A stretch of 64,000 nucleotides of DNA, taken from assembly GCA_964016885.1 (NCBI GenBank), contig OZ024743.1, positions 39,184,001 through 39,248,000 on the forward strand. Direction: 5' to 3'. Every line of letters begins with the position of its first letter. Position 1 is the stretch's first letter. The translations under genes and the position numbers were made by a program. Positions 55,907 through 64,000 of this stretch are shown one piece after another. The notes below the pieces were generated by a model. It did no database searches and was not told where the DNA came from. It worked only from the letters and a program-made list of their open reading frames with translations. The DNA is from Eledone cirrhosa. Its lineage: Eukaryota.

Positions 55907-58900
55907 ATCGAAGCTATCCCGGATGTGATAGACTTCGATAACGGCACTCAACTGCCCATAAGTGTTGAGGGCAAACGCCCGAAATGCTTTCGTTGTGGAT
56001 CGAAGACTCACCTCAGGGCCTTCTGCAACGAGAAGACCTTGAGAAAGGAGAACACCTCCCTCCTTCCGACACCGGCTCCACGGCTACCAGCAACAGGACA
56101 AGCGGCAACCAGGAACGATAGGTCCGTGGCACCCATACCCACGCCACGGAATTCAGGAGCAGCAGCAGCAGTGGAAGTATTAATAACAACAACAGTAATA
56201 CCAAATGCAGCCGCAAAAGAGACTCCACTGCAAACATCACCAACAAAAACAAGTGAAAGAGTGGAGCTGGTACCCCTCCCCGACCGCACAGATCAGACAT
56301 GGAGTGTGAGGTGGGAGAGGGATGGCAAAAAGTCGCAAGAAGGGACAAACTCAGAAGCAGCGCATCGTCGCCTTCGAAAAGGGAGGAAAGAAATGAAAAA
56401 AGGCTAAAGGCTACTGCAGCAACACCACCAACACCATCACCACCCACACTAGCACCAACATCATCCCCGGCGATAACCCCACCGCCAACAACAACAACAG
56501 GTTCAACACCACCACCACAAGCACCAACATCGCAAACACAACAACAAAACACACACACCCAACAACAACGACAAGAAAATAGCTGAACCACACCCCACCC
56601 CCAGAAAAAACAAACGCACGGCAATAAATACACACAACAAGAAACTAATGACTTACATAATTGAACACACAGACATTTCACAGCACGACTACATAATAAC
56701 AGCGCCAATCAAAACGCCAACGAACATAAGACTGGTGAAAATAGCACCGAAACAATACACAAACATTAAAACGAAATTCCCTAACGCAGTTGGCGATTTC
56801 AGAGACCTAGGAGGGACTCTCAACCAGAGAGTATATTCGGACATACTCATCGAAGAGCCGATGACCAGCCGAAGGGACGATTCAACGGTCCCTTCACCAG
56901 ACGATCAAGTGAAAAGGGATGGAGAAACCATTCTTCCTCTACGAAAAGTACGGTAAGTGGTCTTTCCAATCGTTTCCACTCCATTTCAACATGCCCTCAC
57001 TCAGAATAGGCAGCATAACTGCGCGTGGATAGGGGTCGTCATGGAAGCAGGGCCACCTGCTCAACGACCTCAGGTAACTAAAAATAGATGTAGTGGCCAT
57101 CAGCGAGACCAGAATCTCCGAAGCACGGGCCTTCGCACCGATCTTCGGCGGCTACGATATGTACGCATCTCCCAGCCGTTCGGGATCGGGGGGAGGAGTT
57201 TCTGTGCTTTTTCGGAGAGGTTTGGATCTTTACGTACAGATGCCAGACTTGTTCGGAGGCCTCTTGGCGGACAACTACTACAACTGGCAACAGAACGGGA
57301 AAATTCGCAGCTCTGTGAGACGAGGAGCGGTGGCACTGCTGAGAAAGGATCCGAACAAGGGGGATAACATAGATACTTTCAGGCCCATAACTCTGCTAAA
57401 CACAGAGTTCAAGATTTTGGCAAGTGTGCTGGGAAAGAGGTTGGCGCTTGTCGTTGGTGGTCTGATGGGAGAGGCGCAGACATGTGCCATTCTCGACAGA
57501 TCCATCCACGACAACCTCCACCTCATGCGATACATCGTAGAGAGTGTAGCTAGGGAACCTGGCACGTGTGGGTACTTGATCAATTCAGATCAGTTAAAAG
57601 ATTTCGATAGGGTCGACCATCGTTACCTAGCGTCAGTCCTGAGGGCGGCTGGCTTTGGGCCCGTCTTCAGAGGCTGGATCGCTACCATGCACAGCGACAT
57701 CTGCTCTGTGGTGAGAGTGAACGGTCACCTTTCGGAACCGTTCAACATCATGTGCTCGGTCCGCAAAGGATGTCCCCTAGGGTCCCTCTTTTACGTATTG
57801 ACTCTCGAGCCCTTACTGCACACACTGGAGACGTTGAGGGGCGTCCTGCGCGTACTAGAATGCGGAAGATCCGTGTCAGCATATGCGGACGATATGACCG
57901 TAGTGGTGTCGAACGCCAAACACATCGAGGCGATCGGCACTACACTAAGAGAATACGAAGCGGTGACAGGAGCAATGATCAACCAGGAAAAGTCAGTGGG
58001 CCTCAGCTCGGCACCTAGAGAGGCAGGTCCATGCCGTCCAACAGCGTCGTTGGACGCTGGACGGACGGACCGGTTAAATTGCTAGGTGTCTGGTTCGGTC
58101 CGGACCTCCAGACGGACAAAAACTGGGACGAGGTGACGAGCAGGGTGGCTTCTCTCACCCAGAAATGGGCCGAGAGGAAGCTATCCCTGAAAGGTCGAGT
58201 GGAGGTGGCTAACGCGTACATCGCGTCTGTAATCTGCTACGGCCTGACCGTCGTACCTTGTCCTAAGCCCTGTCTGACTGCGCTGGAGCGTTTGCTCTTT
58301 CGCTTTTTGTGGAAGGGACGCGCTCCGATGGTCAGGCGGTCCATCTGCTGTCAACACCCGCTAAGTGGAAGGCTGGGTATGCCGTGGCTGATGATGCGCA
58401 GACACGCGCTCAGGCTACGACATCTCCACCTCTTCCTCGACGGTGATTAGGTGTGGTCGCCGTTTGCTAGACGCGTATTTCCTTGAAGGAGCTGCAGTCC
58501 TGGGTCAAGCGAAGACGGATAGGGAGCGCCTGGAGATTGGAATGTCTTCAGGCGATCACAGCCCTCGGCCAACCGGGCAATGGGTAGAAACTCCAACTCG
58601 GCGTTCTATAGAGGATTAGTGGAGGGTAAGAGCGACGACGTACTTGGGGAAACTCTAGGCGTCAACGAAAATCAACTAGCCAATCTCTTCGGAAGAACTT
58701 TCGGGCCAGGGCCTATGGACAATTTCCAGAAATCTCTGGCCTGGCAGTGCTACCGAGGAGCTTTGACAGTTCGGGAAAAACTCTACAGGCATGGAGGTGC
58801 CGTCAGCCGAGCATGTCCGACGAAACCCTCCTGCACGCACTCGTCCAGTGTCCGAAAATTACTGACTTGTGGGTTTATGTCGAACAACTGCTGTCGCGTG

Positions 58901-59482
58901 TAGGAAGGATACGGCTATCATCTGAGTCCATCGTGAGGATTGTCCCGCCTTCTTCCTTTAGCCGGGAAGGGCAGGCAGTTTTTATCTGTCTGGTGGCGAT
59001 GGCGAAAGAGATAGTATGGTGGACACGTTTGAAAGGGCTGAAGACGAGCAATTACCTCTTCGGTGATGCCCTGATTGACTTTTTCAAATTTCATTTGAAA
59101 AGGAAAATCAGAGTAGATAGGGAAGTGCTCTCTTCCCAGCATTTTGTTGAAAGATGGGTGAGAGAAGCAAGAATGGCCCGTGTGAATGGGCCTACTCTGA
59201 GTATGTGTCTGTAAATTAAAGGTGGAAAACTGGGAGAGGGCACTTACACTGGTGGTCAGGGTCACTGTGGCCTTTTAATGGGGTTTCTCCACCAATGTCC
59301 CTCGGAAGTCTCCCCCTATTGGAGAATTTTTCATTGTTATTTTTTATTATATCCTCTGTTTTTTTTACACGCAGAAATGCCCATTTGTACGTCCTGTATT
59401 GCCCTGTACTGTCCTTAATGTCTACTTTATGTAAACCGTTGTGTTTAATAAAGAAAGCATTATTATTATTATTATTATTATT
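55907..59482 (+). mobile_element. L1-Tx1 clade LINE: ORF1 C-half, ORF2 with internal deletion, 3' UTR and tail
   Basis: ORF1 knuckle CFRCGSKTHLRAFC; APE start (AISETR, GGVSVL); RT FRPITLLN, DFDRVDH, KGCPL, AYADD; RKLSLKGR, GRLGMP, ETLLHALVQCP; AATAAA plus (TTA)n. Confidence 0.92.
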
Positions 59483-60639
59483 GAATGCCATGGTTGACGG
59501 AGGCCCTGCTCTGTAAGGTATTGTAAATTTTGACCGCTATAACAATTGTAAATTGTTTAAAACTTTAACCAAACTGTAGACAAAAACAGCCTCCTCTTCG
59601 CGAGTGGGGTCTTTCTGCCCGTTATTTGGCCCTTCGGGATTAAATAACCGCTTATTGGGGTTCTGTGCCCAATATTTATTTTAAACTAAAAAAAAACATG
59701 GCTACGAAAATAATTTTCACGAGTCACTCCCACTCATTACGTCTTCTTCTTCCTCAATCGTCACTACAGCAGAGAGAAGATTGTCTCTCTCCCTCCCTTC
59801 TCTAAATGTGTCTCTCTCCCTCCCTTCTCTTTCGCAAGCGACGCCAGTAAAGCAAAACAGTTTCCAAAATCATGTGCAAATCATGGAACATTTCTCCACG
59901 ACGACGACAACGACGATAAAGGTGTTCGGTAAATACGAAAACCCATTTCATTCGTCTGACGTCATGAATAATAGCAGTAGCAGCCGTAATAACAGCAGCA
60001 GCAGCAACAACAACAACCACAGCAACAGCGGTGGCGGCAGTAGTCGTAGTACCTGCAGCAACAACAAAATTAACAGCAGCTCTGACGACAACAACAACAA
60101 CAACAACAGCAGCAGCAAAGAAAAACCAATCTCTTTGCAGGTATCGCAAAGAACCTGGAAACCATCGTCATAAAAAATGAGGAATTACAGGAAGCAAAGT
60201 AGATGGTGACGAAAACCGGACACCGAACAATCTGCAAGGCAGCCAAAAAATGTTTTGAATCCCAACAGCACTGTACCGTCACGCACCGTAAAGTAAGTAC
60301 AAAATCCCGTAGCATTGAAAGAGCCACAGAGGCTCAAATACAAAAAGCCTTAGGGTCTGTGTGGCAGCGGAAAACGCATATCACCCGAGGCAAGAAATAT
60401 GCCACCGTAGACGTGCTTTTTGCCACACCCCAGGAGGCAAAAGCTCAATCCTTAGTGACCCTAAGGAGCGAGGAAATGGTGTTGGTGCCCTCCTACAGCG
60501 GGCAAAAAATTGTGAGGGTCAAACTGACCCACGCCCCCCCGGGATGGCCCCTTCTTGGCTGGCTGCGTCTGTCATCGTCGGAATCGAGGACAAAACAACT
60601 GTACTGCAAGTACAGAAACAAGTAAGAGAAGATGGGTCG
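59483..60639 (+). mobile_element. L1-Tx1 5' UTR and ORF1 N-terminal half
   Basis: Low-complexity N-terminus, then TVDVLFATPQEAK..LVPSYSGQKIVRVKLTHAPP, an RRM-like L1/Tx1 ORF1 region; abuts the preceding tail. Confidence 0.65.
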
Positions 60640-63600
60640 GCACTTCCCTCTCTACTCTGATTTTCCTTTTCAAATTTGAAAAAGTCAATCAGGGCATGTC
60701 CGAAGAGGTAAGTGCTCGTCTTCAGCCCTTTCAAACGTGTCCACCATACTATCTCTTTCGCCATGGCCACCAGACAGATAAAAACTGCCTGCCCTTCCCG
60801 GCTAAAGGAAGAGGGCGGGACAATCCTCACGATGGACTCAGCTGATAGCTGGATCCGTCCTACACGTGACAGCAGGTGTTCGATATAAACCCACATGTCA
60901 GCATTGTTCGGACACTGGACGAGTGCGTGCAGGAGGGTTTCGTCGCCCTACGCGCATCTCGGACATACCCGGCTGACGGCACCTCCATGCCTGTAGAGTT
61001 TATCCCGAACTGGCAAAGCTCCTCGGTAGCACTGCCAGACCAAGGATTTCTGAAAGTTGTCCATAGGCCCCTGCCCGAAAGTCCTTCCGAAGAGATTGGC
61101 TAGTTGATTTTCGTCGACCTCTAGAGTTTCTCCAAGTACGTCGTCGTTCTTACCCTCCACTAATCATCTATAGAAAGCCAAGGTGGAGTTTCCACCGATC
61201 ACATTGACCGATTGGTCGAGGGCTGTGAGCGCCTGAAGACATTCCAATCTCCAGACACTCCCTCTCGGTCTTCACTTGACCCAGGACTGCAGCTCCGTCA
61301 AGGATACGGGCTAGGGAAAGACGTGTCTAGCAAACAGCGACCACACCTGATCACCGTCGAGGAAGAGGTGGAGATGTCGTAGCCTGAGCGCGTGTCTGCG
61401 CATCATCAGCCACGGCATGCCCAGCCATCCACGTAGCGGGAGTTGACAGCAGATGGACCGCCTGACCATCGGAGAGGGTCACTTCCACACTCAGGCGGGG
61501 CTTAGGACAAGGTACGACGGTCAGGCGGTAGTAGATGACGGACGCGATGTACAAGTTAGCCACATCCGCTCGACCTTTCAGGGATAGCTTCCTCTCCGCC
61601 CATTTCTGGGTGAGAGAAGCCACCCTGCTCGTCACCTCGTCCCAGTTTTTGTCCGTCTAAAGGTCTGGACCGAACCAGACCCCTAGAAATTTAACCGGTC
61701 CGTCCGTCCAGCCCGACGACGCTGTTGGACGGCATGGACCTGTCTCTCCAGGTGCCGAGCTGCAGGCCCACTGACTTTTCCTGGTTGATCATTGCTCCCG
61801 TCACCGCTTCGTATTCTCTTAGTGTAGTGCCGATCGCCTCGATGTGTTTGGCGTTCGACACCACTACGGTGACATCGTCCGCGTATGCTGACACGGATCT
61901 TCCGCATCCTACTTCGCGCGGGACCCACCTCACCGTCTCCAGTTTGTGCAGTAATGGCTCGAGAGTCAATACAAACAAGAGGGACGACAGGGGACATCCT
62001 TGGCGGACCGAGTGCATGATGTTGAACGGTTCCGAAAGGTGACCGTTTACTCTCACCACAGAGCAGATGTCGCTGTGCATGGCAGCAATCCAGCCTCTGA
62101 AGACGGGCACAAAGCCAGCCGCCCTCAGGACTGCCGCTAGTCAACGATGGTCGACCCTATCGAAAGCTTTCGACTGATCTAAATTGATCATGGATCTGTC
62201 GGGAATGGCGCATGTCTGCGCCTCTCCCACCAGACCACCAACGACAAGCGCCAACCTCTTTTCTAGCACCTTGGCCAAAATCTTGAACTCTGTGTTTATC
62301 AGAGTTATGGGCCTGAAAGTATCTAAGTTATCCCCCTTGTTCGGATCCTTTTTCAGAAATGCCACAGTTCCTCGGCTCACGGAGCTGGGAAATCTCCCGT
62401 TCTGTTGCCAGTTGCAGTAAACATCCACCCAGAGGCCTATGAACAAGTCTGGCATCTGTACGTAAAGTTCATAGGGCAGACCATCCAAACCAGGCGATTT
62501 ACCCCCTGTGCAGCCATCATTGCCTGCCATACTTCATCGGCTGTTATCGGCTTTTCGCAAAACTCCGCCTCAGTGGCCGAGAGCCGCGGCAGTCCGTCGA
62601 AGTGGACACTAAAGTCCATCCCTCGATCCGGCCCGCCGCTTCCCCCGAACATCTGTGCGAAGTGTCGCTGAAAAGCTTCACACATTTGCCCGGGATCAAG
62701 TAGCATGCACCCGTCGTGGTCCACCAAAGACCGTATCGTGGCTGTGTTGCCACGACGCGCCTCCGCTACTCGGGCCGATTGTACGGCTTTCGTCCCCTCG
62801 TGTCTGAGAGCACGCAGCCTAGCTCTGACAACGCAGCCTGCGTGCTTTGCATTGAAGAATTGTTAAGGGCCAATTTCGCCGCAAGTACGTCGGTCGCGAT
62901 CCCTTTGCTAAGCGCCTCGTATAATTTTCCTACTAATTCTCCCTCTGCCCTATTTTTCTCTATTGCTAAAGCCTTACTAAACCTAATGGACACTATTCTA
63001 ATTGCTCTTTTCAGAGCAAACCACCATTTGTTGTTGACTATGACCCCCGTCAACGCTCGCTTAACTAGTTCGCTAATCCGGTCTCTGTAGGCCTTGCGCG
63101 CTGGTAAGGACGCGTTTAGCTTCCAGTAGCCGGGTCCTCGTCTATGAAGCCTATCTAAGTCAAGCACACAGATCACGAATTTGTGGTCCGTGTAGTTGAC
63201 TATCGTGAATTGTCGACAGACTATGCTAGACCTATCTATTTCCCTACAAAATACTCTATCTAGATATATGGATGACCCTATGCGATTTGTCCAAGTCTAG
63301 ATTGGCACATTGGGGAAAACCAATCGGTACCTGTCAGACAGTTCAAAACGCCTGATCATGTTGGTGAGACTCTTGAACCCTCTTCCCTTATCCATTAATC
63401 CCACACAGTCCCAGCGTGCATCTAAGATCCCGTTCCAGTCGCCCACTAACACTAAAGAGCGGGACGTTCCAAGAACGGTCTCCAGACGCCGGAAGAAATA
63501 AGGCCGCCCTGCTCCTACGGGGCATAGACGGCCACTAACCTGAAAGCTTGCCCGTCTCCGCTTGTCACATCCAGCACCACCAACTTACCTTCTGGGTCCA

Positions 63601-64000
63601 GGAAGATGGCCCCCTATGGCAAGATCCAAACCTCTCCGAAAAAGCACAGCAAGTCCTCCCCCCGATCCCGGGCGGTTGGGAGATACGTAAACATCGTAGC
63701 CGCCGAATATCGGTGCGAAAGCCCGTGCTTCGGAGATTCTGGTCTCGCTGATGGCCACTACATCTATGTTTAGTGACCTGATGTCGTTGAGCAGGTGGCC
63801 CTGCTTCCATGATGACCCCAAGCCACGCCCATTTATGCTGCCTATTCTGAGTGAGGTCATGTTGAAATTGAGTGGGAAAGATGAGAAAGACTATTTTACC
63901 TTACTTCTCGTAGAGGAAGAAGGGTTTCTCCATCATTTTCACTGCTTGTGGCCTCCTCAGGAAGGATGTCCTTGTAAATTCTCATGGAGAGTGCTTGTCG
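60640..64000 (-). mobile_element. Second L1-Tx1 copy (ORF2 nearly complete, degenerate), runs off the window
   Basis: MTSLRIGSINGRGL, SETR, GDWN, LDR, TDHK, GPGYWKLN, KSPGLDGLPYE, KAFDRVDH, QGCPLS, AYADD; highly similar to 56930-59128 inverted. Confidence 0.93.

Noticed and set aside
55636-59482. DNA transposon or DIRS-like element with 270-bp terminal inverted repeats
   Set aside because: The repeats are LINE 3' UTRs with AATAAA and (TTA)n; better explained by nesting

Overview
AT-rich, microsatellite-dense eukaryotic (metazoan) DNA made almost entirely of transposable-element remains. I see no host protein-coding exon, rRNA, tRNA or CRISPR array. The tRNA-derived SINE family and overall repeat mix resemble octopus genomes (recalled, not database-checked). 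Recognisable elements: RTE-clade LINE fragments, a near full-length Neptune-type Penelope-like element (PLE), two Dong/R4-clade LINEs ending in (TAA)n, a CRE-clade fragment, a non-autonomous Helitron carrying a ~92-bp minisatellite, at least 6 copies of one SINE, and a compound L1-Tx1 locus. Three things stand out. (1) Many small non-coding, TA-flanked, fold-back elements carry minimal type-I hammerhead ribozyme cores (best at 15509-15553 and 21674-21714). (2) A five-copy palindromic element family has hairpin arms that co-vary within each copy. (3) At 55.6-64 kb an apparently circularly permuted Tx1 unit sits in inverted orientation inside a sibling Tx1 copy. All calls were made by eye; boundaries of degenerate elements are approximate.
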